Positions 49,471 to 58,805 of a stretch of DNA of 64,000 bases are shown here, one piece after another. Under the pieces are notes generated by a model. The model was not told the origin of the DNA and did no database searches. It saw only the letters and a list, made by a program, of their open reading frames with translations. This stretch comes from an uncultured Bacteroidales bacterium. Lineage in GTDB: Bacteria > Bacteroidota > Bacteroidia > Bacteroidales > WCHB1-69. The DNA is taken from contig ONCM01000002.1 of NCBI GenBank assembly GCA_900316305.1, positions 37,967 through 101,966 on the forward strand. The letters are read 5' to 3'. Numbering within the stretch: position 1 is the first letter of the stretch; each line of letters begins with the position of its first letter. The translations under genes and the position numbers were made by a program.

Positions 49471-49668
49471 GTGAAAGTAGTAAAAACAACTAGAATACTG
49501 AAAATGCTGGCGGATGATGGATGGTATATAGTGCATCAGCGTGGGAGTCATCGTCAATTCCGGCATCCGGAGAAAAAAGGCAAGGTGACGGTGAATGGAA
49601 AACCGAGTGATGACACTTGGGGCGCAGAGCTGAGAAGCATTGAGAAACAATCAGGGTTGATTTTTTAA
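49471..49668 (+). CDS. hicA: HicA-family type II toxin (second copy)
   Basis: GTG start. ...ILKMLADDGWYIVHQRGSHRQFRHPEKKGKVTVNG. A tatttttg box lies ~35 nt upstream. Confidence 0.75.
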   Translation: MKVVKTTRILKMLADDGWYIVHQRGSHRQFRHPEKKGKVTVNGKPSDDTWGAELRSIEKQSGLIF

Positions 49669-49687
49669 TTCCGAAGAAGCAGATATT

Positions 49688-50095
49688 ATGGAAGAAGTAG
49701 TCATTTCAACATCAAGAACGGAGAAAGGATACAGCGGCAGTTGCGAACTGTTGCCGGGCTGGGTTGTCGCCTTTTCGGGTGATTTTTCGAGCTTTATTGA
49801 TTATGTGCGCGAAAGCATAGATTTTTTCATCGATTGCGCGAAAGAGGACAAGGAAGAATATCCTGCCATATTCGACCAATCGTATAGTTTGGTCTTCAAG
49901 ATGGATATCCAAAGCATCCTATACTGCTATGATAAGATACTGACCCGTGCGGCGTTATCGCGCCTGACGGGCATCAACGAACGACAGTTGGGTCATTACA
50001 TCTGTGGCAGGAGCAAACCTCGTCCGGCACAGAGCGGGAAAATCGTCCATGCGTTGCACGCGTTAGGACGGGAACTGCAGGCCGTGTGCGTATAG
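49688..50095 (+). CDS. hicB: HicB-family antitoxin with C-terminal HTH (second copy)
   Basis: 135 aa. The C-half (LSRLTGINERQLGHYICGRSKPRPAQ...LHALGRELQAV) aligns with the 29466-29867 protein. Confidence 0.65.
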   Translation: MEEVVISTSRTEKGYSGSCELLPGWVVAFSGDFSSFIDYVRESIDFFIDCAKEDKEEYPAIFDQSYSLVFKMDIQSILYCYDKILTRAALSRLTGINERQLGHYICGRSKPRPAQSGKIVHALHALGRELQAVCV

Positions 50096-50105
50096 AAATA
50101 CGCAA

Positions 50106-51896
50106 TCAGAATCTCCATTGGAAACCTAAGACAACGGCGCGTCTGTTGGCCCTGTTTTCCTCAATCCAATAGTTCTGTTGGTCTTCCGATTCGTAGTTGG
50201 TTGTAATAGTCTGATCCAGCAGGTCGCGTCCTTCTAAGAACAAAGAGAATTGCTTGAAGTCTTTTTGGGCGCGTACATTGAGCACAAACCTTGATTTCTG
50301 GGAGGAATAATAAGTGATTGTCTTGCTTTTGTAGAAAGCGTCCGCCGCAACACTCCACCCCTTTCCCAAATGAGCTGCGATATCGGCGTTGAGGCGCCAG
50401 TCAAAGGCTTTTTTGACGGGGGATTCAACATTCTTGGGCGTGAGCTGCAACAGATTAAAAACGACAACGGCATTAGCCTCGATAATCTTTCCTCGCCAGC
50501 CTAACTTCTGCGAAAAACTGACAGAACGGTTGTCTGACGAGTTTACCCAGTGGAAAACCTTAAACCGGTATCCATCAATGTCCTCGTATTCCCAAGTCTT
50601 GTCTATCGCGTTGTCCACACAGGTGTAGGCGACGGAAGACTGGGCGAAGAAACGGGACTGTTTGAATTCGTATTCAAGTGCATAGCGACGCGTATGTGTC
50701 GATAAGAGTTGGTCATTGCCTTTGTATATTTGGTCAATGTAGTCAACGGTCCTGTCGTACCAACAGAGTTTGTCGTAATCCGGGTGTTTGACACTCATCT
50801 GGTTGGTCAGGCTAAGGGAGTGCTTTGGTGATATGGTCCATTTCACCTTGGCTCTGCCTACCGGAGCCACATCGTTGAGGCTCATGGGATGGTGACAGGT
50901 GTCGTCATTGATGCGGCGGGCATAAATATCAGCGCCGTAGTCGGCATGAATCTCGATACTCTTCCAGCTGAAATCAGCAGCTAAAAAAGGTTCAACACTC
51001 ACACCCCAGAAATTGAATCTGTCCTGTAAGTTGATGGAATCCTGTAAAATAGCAGTTTCATCGCCTAAAATGAATCGGGTGGTGCTTCTATCGTCCTCAA
51101 GGACGTTCGTTGCCGCAAGGCGAACGCCGGGGGTGAGATACAGCTTGGCCGTTTTGTCTATAAGGGTGTTTTTCAAAAAAATGTCCCCATCTATATTGAA
51201 AGTGTTTCTGCCGGATGTGCTCAAATAGCTCCAGGAGCTGTCTATGTGCTCAAGATCCCCGCTTTTAGACGTCGTCCATGTATCCCTCGTGTTGTTGTGG
51301 ATCATTTGGGCCGCGAGGGAGCTTTGCAATATATTACGCCCCTCGTTAAAACTTCGGTAGGTTTTAAATCCGGTCCCCACTTTGTGCTCATCCATGGCAT
51401 GAATATCATTGTAATAAGTGTATTGGTCCCATGTTTCAAGGTCGCCTTTTCCTCGCAGGGTATGCAAGTTGTCCCTGTTATTGGCATATTGGTACAGAAT
51501 CCATGCCGAGTATCTCCTGTCCTTGGATGGTGTCCAAAGAAAATCCGATTTCAGATTGCTGGTAAGAGGATTTGTGGTGTTATATTTATAGAGAGCGCTA
51601 ATCTTATTGCCATTGAAATCAAAACGGACTTTGTCGGTGGTATTCGGTTCCCATTTCCCGTTTATCGAGGTATTCCAGCTGAAATAGTCTGTCTTGTAGT
51701 GCAGTTGGAACTCTCCTTGCAACAATCCATGATACATAGGGGCATAACCGTTGGCGATGTTGCCTTGCAGGCCTCCAAAACCGCCAAGCAGGTCCACACT
51801 TCCCGACCATTGCGCCCGTAATGGGATACACCATGCCAAAAGGGCGATCCCGAGGAGATAACGGAGAGGTTTATTCGCGATTTTATGTAACATCAT
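50106..51896 (-). CDS. outer-membrane beta-barrel protein (TonB-dependent-receptor-barrel-like, no obvious plug)
   Basis: ATG at 51896 gives MMLHKIANKPLRYLLGIALLAWCIPLRAQ. Alternating beta-strand pattern. C-terminal ...VVLGFQWRF has the terminal aromatic typical of OMPs. Confidence 0.65.
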   Translation of the reverse strand: MMLHKIANKPLRYLLGIALLAWCIPLRAQWSGSVDLLGGFGGLQGNIANGYAPMYHGLLQGEFQLHYKTDYFSWNTSINGKWEPNTTDKVRFDFNGNKISALYKYNTTNPLTSNLKSDFLWTPSKDRRYSAWILYQYANNRDNLHTLRGKGDLETWDQYTYYNDIHAMDEHKVGTGFKTYRSFNEGRNILQSSLAAQMIHNNTRDTWTTSKSGDLEHIDSSWSYLSTSGRNTFNIDGDIFLKNTLIDKTAKLYLTPGVRLAATNVLEDDRSTTRFILGDETAILQDSINLQDRFNFWGVSVEPFLAADFSWKSIEIHADYGADIYARRINDDTCHHPMSLNDVAPVGRAKVKWTISPKHSLSLTNQMSVKHPDYDKLCWYDRTVDYIDQIYKGNDQLLSTHTRRYALEYEFKQSRFFAQSSVAYTCVDNAIDKTWEYEDIDGYRFKVFHWVNSSDNRSVSFSQKLGWRGKIIEANAVVVFNLLQLTPKNVESPVKKAFDWRLNADIAAHLGKGWSVAADAFYKSKTITYYSSQKSRFVLNVRAQKDFKQFSLFLEGRDLLDQTITTNYESEDQQNYWIEENRANRRAVVLGFQWRF

Positions 51897-52074
51897 AAAT
51901 TTTATTTTTCGTGACAGGCAAGTCATATTGCTTTTCTTTTTTTAAGACAACTATTTGAAATCCAAGACAAAGGTGCGTCTTTCGCCCTTGCTTATACTTT
52001 ATTCAAGGATTCTGCAAAAATACGATTTTTTTTGAAATAAAATGTATCTTTGCAGCTTCAAATGACATTTGGAT

Positions 52075-53277
52075 ATGAAAAGGATTACGACAATGCTCTC
52101 CCTCTTGCTCCTCGCGCACGTCATCTTCGCGCAGAAACCGCCGCGTCTTGTGCCGGTGGAGATCACGGAGATGGTGTCGGTGGACAGCATTGAAGACCAA
52201 GATACTAAGCCTAACCTTTGTCCGGAATGGGTGGACACGAACATTCGGTTCACCGCCTGTTTGAATGCGGATGGGGTGGTGGGATATCTGCTTGAGCCTA
52301 AGGATGATTCATATCTCAAACAAATGGCTTTTGGGCATTTCGATATGGACTCGAGATGTTGTGGTGCAGGGTTGCGGGAAGTGCAGCGGGCGGAAGTCTT
52401 GTTTGCGAAAGTCATGGACTTGCGGGTTGATTCGGCGCAGCGCATTCATAGGGCGTTCACAGCCCCTCGGTTTTATCAATATGATCGGCAGTATGTTTTC
52501 TTTCTGAATTCGGATGGAGATACCTGCGTGCATATCAATTGCATCCTGCGGGAAGAATCGATTTGTTCTTCGCGTCCCGCGCGTTACTATATTGTCGTTT
52601 GTGATGGGGACGACAGTTACTGGACTGCGGACCTGAATCTCACCCGTGGCAGGCTCCTTTCGTGTCACGTCAATGGCCCGAATCTCTATTTTGTGAATGG
52701 TCGCAACAACGAACCTCGCGGCATCTATTCAGAGACAATCTTTGAGCGCTCGTGGCCTCTGGCGGAAAAAATCTGTAGTTTCGACCAGTTACCGAATGCC
52801 GTGCAACAGGCGGTGCTGTTGCAGATGGATACCACCCAAGTGAGTGCTTATCAGCATTTTTCTCCGAAATATATGTGGAAAATCTACCAAAAGAAGAACG
52901 GAAAAGAGGTTGTCAGAAGGAAACGGTACAAGTCGGGCAACTACTACCGTGTCTATATGGACACCCTTTGCCGTGGTTACGATGTGAATGGACAGATGCT
53001 ATATGTGGGAACTGAGCGATATCTAGGCTGGATTGACCGTTCGTACTTGAGTCATATCCCCGTCATAAATATGATGATGGCCGAGATAACGCGGGATTTA
53101 TCCGCCCGTGGTCGCGATTTTGCAAAATATGGCGGTATCCGCTGGGCGGAGCAGGTCGGCGACCGCTACGTGCTAGCGGTCGTGTACAGGCCGCCGGTCC
53201 ACGCCGATGCCCTGATTCTGTACTACACTTTCGACCACAATGGTCGTATAGAGGGGGTGACGTTCGAGGATTGGTAG
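52075..53277 (+). CDS. secreted hypothetical protein
   Basis: ATG at 52075 (MKRITTMLSLLLLAHVIFAQ) lies downstream of a tatctttg box at 52045-52052. No family recognised. Confidence 0.55.
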   Translation: MKRITTMLSLLLLAHVIFAQKPPRLVPVEITEMVSVDSIEDQDTKPNLCPEWVDTNIRFTACLNADGVVGYLLEPKDDSYLKQMAFGHFDMDSRCCGAGLREVQRAEVLFAKVMDLRVDSAQRIHRAFTAPRFYQYDRQYVFFLNSDGDTCVHINCILREESICSSRPARYYIVVCDGDDSYWTADLNLTRGRLLSCHVNGPNLYFVNGRNNEPRGIYSETIFERSWPLAEKICSFDQLPNAVQQAVLLQMDTTQVSAYQHFSPKYMWKIYQKKNGKEVVRRKRYKSGNYYRVYMDTLCRGYDVNGQMLYVGTERYLGWIDRSYLSHIPVINMMMAEITRDLSARGRDFAKYGGIRWAEQVGDRYVLAVVYRPPVHADALILYYTFDHNGRIEGVTFEDW

Positions 53278-53304
53278 TAGAGCCGCGCTGCAGCACGGCT
53301 CTAC
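53277..53304. repeat. palindrome family member (GTAGAGCCGCGCTGCAGCACGGCTCTAC)
   Basis: Its first base is the last base of the stop codon at 53275-53277. Imperfect centre. Confidence 0.7.
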
Positions 53305-53487
53305 ATCTGCGCGGTTCTACAAAAATAATTCCGATTGTTACACCCAAACAAAAAAAATTTTACTTTTGCCAATTCAAACTCTAATTATCAAACTCTCTAC
53401 GATTCCCTAGCTTCAATAACCAATAACCTATAACCAATAACCTTTTTAAACCGATAACCAATTATTATTCACCAAAATTAATACATT

Positions 53488-54180
53488 ATGACAAAAAAAT
53501 TATTCGCTGAACTGATTGGAACGTTCGTTCTCACCCTCCTGGGCTGCGGAACGGCTATGTTCTTGGGTTGTGCCACTCCCGCTGGCGTGGTGGGCACGGC
53601 TATCGCTTTCGGTCTCACCGTGGTTGCCATGGCCTACACCATCGGCGGCATCACGGGTTGCCACATCAACCCGGCCATCACCTTCGCAGTGGCGCTTTCC
53701 GGCCGCATGACCTGGAAAGAGGCCTGCATCTACTGGATCGGCCAGTTCATCGGCGGTATCCTTGCCGGTGCTGTTCTGTTGGCACTCGTCAACATCGTGA
53801 CTCCCTCCGCTGAAGGCATCGCCGAAGGCATGATGGGTCTCGGTTGCAATGGCGTGGCTAACGCTGGCGGTGTTTGGGGCGCTTGCCTCGTGGAGATCAT
53901 CGCCACCTTCATCTTCGTGCTCGTGGTTCTCGGTACCACCGACAGCAAGCTCGGCGCAGGCAACCTCGCCGGTCTGGCCATCGGTCTGACCCTGATCCTT
54001 GTCCACCTGGTCTGCATCAACCTCACCGGAACTTCCGTCAACCCGGCCCGTTCCTTCGGACCTGCATTGTTCGCTGGTGGTGAGGCTCTTGCCGATGTGT
54101 GGGTGTTCATCGTAGCTCCCATGATCGGTGCTGCCCTCTCCGCATTGGTGTGGAAGGGACTGGCATGCAACAAGGAATAA
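53488..54180 (+). CDS. aqpZ: aquaporin Z (MIP family channel)
   Basis: 230 aa. Two NPA boxes (HINPAITF, SVNPARSF) and six TM helices. Confidence 0.92.
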   Translation: MTKKLFAELIGTFVLTLLGCGTAMFLGCATPAGVVGTAIAFGLTVVAMAYTIGGITGCHINPAITFAVALSGRMTWKEACIYWIGQFIGGILAGAVLLALVNIVTPSAEGIAEGMMGLGCNGVANAGGVWGACLVEIIATFIFVLVVLGTTDSKLGAGNLAGLAIGLTLILVHLVCINLTGTSVNPARSFGPALFAGGEALADVWVFIVAPMIGAALSALVWKGLACNKE

Positions 54181-54207
54181 TCACGACATCTGTCGGTTTC
54201 CCCATTC

Positions 54208-54235
54208 GTAGAGACGCAAAATTTTGCGTCTCTAC
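54208..54235. repeat. 28-bp perfect palindrome, identical to 3776-3803
   Basis: gtagagacgcaaaattttgcgtctctac lies 28 nt after the aqpZ stop. Confidence 0.85.
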
Positions 54236-54367
54236 AATGTCTTTAAACAGGCAAGTATTGATAACAACGGTTCATCCAAATTGGGTGGACCGCTTTCCAT
54301 TGATGAATATGGTGAAAACGTTATGGAAAAATTATATCTTTGCGCTTCGTTTTTAAAAATGTGAATT

Positions 54368-55132
54368 ATGGCAAAAGAAACCAAGACGGCAAGTTGGGAG
54401 GAAATTGAACCCAAGTACAGACAACGGATTAAACGGTTGCACACGTTGAACAATGTGGCGTTCTGGGTGACGCTCGCATTGGCCGTGTTCAATGTGGGGA
54501 TGTTGATTTTTCGCGGCAACAGCACCTGGGCGGAAGTCGCATTCCGCGGTGGCCAGTATTTGGCCATGTTGCTGGTACTCAAACTGCCCAGCGTCCTGCG
54601 GATGCGCTTCAAAGTAGAAGTTCCCGCCCTGCTCTCCATCGTCATCGTCCTCTTCTGCTTCTGTGCTTTGGTGCTCGGCGACGGTCTCGACTTCTACGGC
54701 AAATTCCCCTGGTGGGACTCCGTACTGCACGGTTTTTCAGGCGTTCTCCTCTCCATGATTGCGTTGTGGCTGATCCACGTCATCATGGCGGGCAACGACA
54801 AGGCCATCTACTTCAACAAGTACTTTTTGGCCCTTTTCTTAGTGATGTTTTCTTTGGGTATGGGCGCCTGCTGGGAGATCATCGAATACACCTACGATAG
54901 CATCAGCGGCACGAACACCCAGCAATTTATGGCTTCGACTACGGGTTCCCTCTTCACCGCCGAGGACATCCCGTTGTGCGGTCATGCTGCCCTGCGCGAC
55001 ACGATGACCGACCTGATCCTCGACCTCGTCGGTTCCCTGTTGGTGGCTATCTTCGGCATCTTCTACCACGACAAAGCAATCGAGAAATATGACATCCTTA
55101 TTAAGATGATGAAGATTGATAATGAAGAATGA
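54368..55132 (+). CDS. polytopic membrane protein of unknown function
   Basis: 254 aa with 6-7 hydrophobic helices. A -7 box tatctttg lies at 54335-54342. The C-terminal codons run into the AATTATG repeat. Confidence 0.6.
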   Translation: MAKETKTASWEEIEPKYRQRIKRLHTLNNVAFWVTLALAVFNVGMLIFRGNSTWAEVAFRGGQYLAMLLVLKLPSVLRMRFKVEVPALLSIVIVLFCFCALVLGDGLDFYGKFPWWDSVLHGFSGVLLSMIALWLIHVIMAGNDKAIYFNKYFLALFLVMFSLGMGACWEIIEYTYDSISGTNTQQFMASTTGSLFTAEDIPLCGHAALRDTMTDLILDLVGSLLVAIFGIFYHDKAIEKYDILIKMMKIDNEE

Positions 55133-55273
55133 AGAATTATGAATTATGAATTATGAATTATGAATGAAGGTCGTAAGTGTTAGAAACGGTGTTCGTAGCC
55201 GAGTTTTATGCAGGCACCGAAGCGAGGGGGCGAGGGACTTAGCCCTGGATAGGCAACACCATCGTGATAGACC

Positions 55274-55783
55274 TTATCGAACCCCACTGATACGTTTGTG
55301 TTGACCCCTTGTGTTGACCCCAATTGTGAGGATGTCATTGGCAGTCAACGGGATGCGGCCTCCGAGTTCGAGCACTGTTTCGCCTATGTTAAAGCACTCT
55401 TTGGCATTTGCTGCCGTCCAAGCATTTAACCCGATGCCGAAGGAAAGGCCGCCGCGGGCGTAAAAGTGCCGTGTGTGGAATTCCATCTCAATTGGGATCC
55501 TCAGGTAATGGTAATGCTCGTTGTTCGCCGGTTTGAAAACACTTTCATAATCCAAACTGGTGTAGATTCCCCAAAATCGACTGAAGTCGTATCGGAAGCC
55601 CACTCCGCCGCCTGCTTGTATGTAGGTGTCCGACCAAAACAGGTAGCTGCACACACCTCCTGTGGCGTTCGCGGTAATGTTGAAGCCCTTGTATGTGTTT
55701 TCAGATGTTGTCGTTTGTGCATTCGCCTGTATGGAAAGTGCGAACACTGCGACGAGTAGGGGGTAATAAATTTTCTTTATCAT
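55274..55783 (-). CDS. small outer-membrane beta-barrel protein (OMP_b-brl/OmpW-like)
   Basis: 169 aa. Signal MIKKIYYPLLVAVFALSIQANAQ. Alternating strand pattern. A -7 box caaagata lies at 55815-55822. Confidence 0.6.
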   Translation of the reverse strand: MIKKIYYPLLVAVFALSIQANAQTTTSENTYKGFNITANATGGVCSYLFWSDTYIQAGGGVGFRYDFSRFWGIYTSLDYESVFKPANNEHYHYLRIPIEMEFHTRHFYARGGLSFGIGLNAWTAANAKECFNIGETVLELGGRIPLTANDILTIGVNTRGQHKRISGVR

Positions 55784-56043
55784 GATATGCTTTTTTGATG
55801 AAAGAATGACGCGGCAAAGATATAAAATCCATCTATATAAATATGACGCAGAATTTTCAAAAGGTTACAATGATTATCGTAGATTTCATTCAGTCAAATT
55901 GTTATGTGATGAATGAAAGGATATTTTTGTAAAATATCGAACTCTGGCACTCCGAAAAGTTGTAAAATATCGCAGTCTGATTTCGGTACTTGAATTTGTG
56001 TATTTTTGCGGATTGATTTCGAATAACACCAAATATCACCACA

Positions 56044-56388
56044 ATGATCAAATACAGCCAAGACATCCGCGTTGAAACCGTGGAAAACAGCGGCAACATT
56101 GAAGGCCGTATCAGTAAGAACATCATCCTCACGCCGGCGGAGATGCTGGAGCGCGCCTCGATGTTCAACATCATCACCCTCCCGTCCGGAAGCCGCATCA
56201 AGGAGCATCCGCACATCGAGGATGCGGAGATTTACTACATCTTGGAGGGCGAGGCCGAGGTCACCGACAACGGCCGCACCGCCATCATGCACGCGGGCGA
56301 CGTGATGTTCACCGGCAACGGCGACCGGCATAGTATCGCAAACCACAGCGGGAAGGACGTCCGCTTCCTTGCCTGCATCTTGAAATAG
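56044..56388 (+). CDS. cupin domain protein
   Basis: 114 aa. GSRIKEHPHIEDAEIYYILEG...GD...GDRHSIAN is a two-motif cupin signature. A -7 box tatttttg lies at 56001-56008. Confidence 0.8.
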   Translation: MIKYSQDIRVETVENSGNIEGRISKNIILTPAEMLERASMFNIITLPSGSRIKEHPHIEDAEIYYILEGEAEVTDNGRTAIMHAGDVMFTGNGDRHSIANHSGKDVRFLACILK

Positions 56389-56461
56389 ACTATTGACTTT
56401 GACATTGACTTTGACTGCTAACTACTAACTGCTAACTTCTAACCCATAAATACCCCTCAAC

Positions 56462-58159
56462 ATGAAAAAACTAACAACCCTAATCCTCCTCCTCACGGCA
56501 ATCGCTCCCGCTTTTGCCTGCACCAACCTCATCGTTGGCAAGAAAGCCTCGAAGGATGGCAGCGTGATGTGTACCTACAACTGCGACGGCTTCGGCTTCT
56601 CCGGGTCGCTGTTCCACAGTCCGGCGGGACGGCACGCGCCCAACGAGAAAATCGCCATCCACGGGTGGGGACCCGCGCACGAAGGACAGTTCGTGACGCA
56701 GGTGGAATATACCTACAACGTCGTCGGGCTGATGAACGAGCGGCAGGTCACCATCGTGGAGACCACCTTCGACGGACGATTGGAACTCCAGAACCGCGAG
56801 GGACTGCTCGACTACTTCTCGCTGATGCGGCTCGCCCTCCAACGCAGCGCCAACGCCCGTGAGGCCATTAAATGCATGGCTGAGCTGGTGGAAGAGTACG
56901 GCTATAACAGCAGCGGCGAGAGCATCACCATCTGCGACCCCAACGAGGCGTGGATCATGGAGATTATCGGCAAAGGAAAGGATAGGAAAGGGGCCGTCTG
57001 GGTCGCCCTGCGCATCCCCGACGACTGCATCTGCGCCCACGCCAACCTCAGCCGCATCCGCCAATTCCCGCAGGAACAAAAAAAATCCTACAAATCCATC
57101 ACTGACAAACATTTGCAATACATCACCCGTCCCGAGGTCGAATGCGTCTATGCCGCCGATGTCGTCAGCTTCGCCCGCGAGATGGGCTATTTCAGTGGTA
57201 AGGATGCGGACTTTTCCTTCCGCGATGCCTACTGTCCCATCGACTTCGAGAACGTGCGCTATGCCGACGCCCGCGTTTGGAGCTTCTTCCGCCACCACTA
57301 TGACGAGGCCGAGATGGACAAATACCTGCCGTATCTCAACGGCGAGTTCGACCAGTGCGATCATCTGCCGCTGTGGATCAAACCCGATGCACCGCTGTCC
57401 CTCAGAGACTTGCAGGAGGATATGCGCGACCATTTCGAGAACACCCCGTTGGACATGACTACCGACATGACCGCCGGTCCGTGGGGAATGCCCATCCGTC
57501 CGCTGCCGATGCACTTTCGCGATACGAACGGTGTGAGCTACTTCCGCGAAAGACCTATTGCCACGCAGCAGAGCGGCTTCACGATGACCTGCCAGATGCG
57601 CTCGTGGCTGCCCGACGACGTGGGCGGTGTCACCTGGTTCAACTGCGACGACGCCGACATGGTGGCCTACGTGCCGCTCTACTGCTGCATCACGCAGGTG
57701 CCCGACTGCTTCCGTCCGGAGAACAACCCCCGCGCGGAATTCAGCTTCGAGTCGGCCTTCTGGATGAACAACTGGGTGGCCAACATGGTCTATCCGCGCT
57801 ACTCGATGATGATCGGCGATCTCCGCGAGGCCCAGCGCGAGTTGGAGGACTACTACTTCGCCGATCAGGACAGCGTGCTGAAAGCGGTGGAGAACATGAC
57901 CCCCGCCGACCGTCGCGACTATCTCAATAAGAAGAGCATCGCCTACGCTGACAAGATGATGAAGCATTGGGACAAGTTAGCCAAATACCTGATTGTCAAA
58001 TACAACGACCAAGTGGTGAAAAAGGTGGACAAAGACGGCAATTTCCAGCGTTGGGGATACGAGACGCCCGGTTACGATATCCAGTTCATCAACGCCATCG
58101 GTCCCGCCACAGGGGATCGGTATAAATTGAAGGAGGTGATTGAGAGGAGAGAGCGGTAA
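56462..58159 (+). CDS. C69 family dipeptidase
   Basis: 565 aa. The signal peptide ends AFA, followed by the nucleophile Cys in CTNLIVGKKASKDGSV. Confidence 0.88.
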   Translation: MKKLTTLILLLTAIAPAFACTNLIVGKKASKDGSVMCTYNCDGFGFSGSLFHSPAGRHAPNEKIAIHGWGPAHEGQFVTQVEYTYNVVGLMNERQVTIVETTFDGRLELQNREGLLDYFSLMRLALQRSANAREAIKCMAELVEEYGYNSSGESITICDPNEAWIMEIIGKGKDRKGAVWVALRIPDDCICAHANLSRIRQFPQEQKKSYKSITDKHLQYITRPEVECVYAADVVSFAREMGYFSGKDADFSFRDAYCPIDFENVRYADARVWSFFRHHYDEAEMDKYLPYLNGEFDQCDHLPLWIKPDAPLSLRDLQEDMRDHFENTPLDMTTDMTAGPWGMPIRPLPMHFRDTNGVSYFRERPIATQQSGFTMTCQMRSWLPDDVGGVTWFNCDDADMVAYVPLYCCITQVPDCFRPENNPRAEFSFESAFWMNNWVANMVYPRYSMMIGDLREAQRELEDYYFADQDSVLKAVENMTPADRRDYLNKKSIAYADKMMKHWDKLAKYLIVKYNDQVVKKVDKDGNFQRWGYETPGYDIQFINAIGPATGDRYKLKEVIERRER

Positions 58160-58168
58160 CCACATGAT

Positions 58169-58196
58169 GTAGAGACGCGGCGCGCCGCGTCTCTAC
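58169..58196. repeat. 28-bp perfect palindrome GTAGAGACGCGGCGCGCCGCGTCTCTAC
   Basis: Lies 10 nt after the dipeptidase stop. Same arms as 3776 and 54208, with a different centre. Confidence 0.85.
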
Positions 58197-58211
58197 GAGA
58201 ATTGCATCACA

Positions 58212-58645
58212 TTATAACAGGATTATGCAGGCAATCTGCCACATGGTGGGTTCGAAGTCGAAATAATAGACAGCGTCGCCCCAACGGTCTTTCTGCCGTA
58301 GGGTTTGCCCGTCGAGGTAGTAGAGCGGAGTGCCCCATCGGTCTTTCTGGCGGATGGTCTGTCCATCGAAGTAGAGTAGGGGGTCGCCCCAGCGGTCCTT
58401 CTGTCGCACCGTCTGGCCGTCGATGTAGAGCAGTGCTTGTCCCCACCGGTCCTTCTGCCGAACCTGTCGGGAGGCCGCATCGTACCACAGCAGTTTCTCA
58501 CCCCAGCGGTCCTTTTGCTGGATGGTGTTCTCCTGCATGTAATACAGTTTCGCGCCCCACCGATCCTTCTGATAGACGGTTTGTGCGTGGGCCATGACGG
58601 CGAAAAGCGTGATGACAGCCATAATGGCGGATTCTCGTTTCTTCA
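58212..58645 (-). CDS. small secreted protein made of six ~17-aa QKDRWG repeats
   Basis: MKKRESAIMAVITLFAVMAHAQ, then 6 units of (R/Q)QKDRWGxxLLYxDGQTx. The ORF-track start at 58694 is rejected because caaagata (58651-58658) sits just upstream of ATG 58645. Confidence 0.65.
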
Positions 58646-58805
58646 TGCGGCAAAGATACATTTTTTGAACGACAACTGGTACAACGCGGGACAACTTTAA
58701 AATGCTGTAAGAGTAAATTTTTACAATTAATACTTAATAAATCGAAAGAAAATTTATTTTAAATATGTGATTTGACGAATCCGAAAAATTAGTATTATTG
58801 CGGCC

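Noticed and set aside
2560-56445. Short tandem repeats as possible CRISPR arrays
   Set aside because: The units are 7-11 nt and directly abutting, with no 25-40-nt unique spacers, and there are no cas genes. These are not CRISPR arrays.
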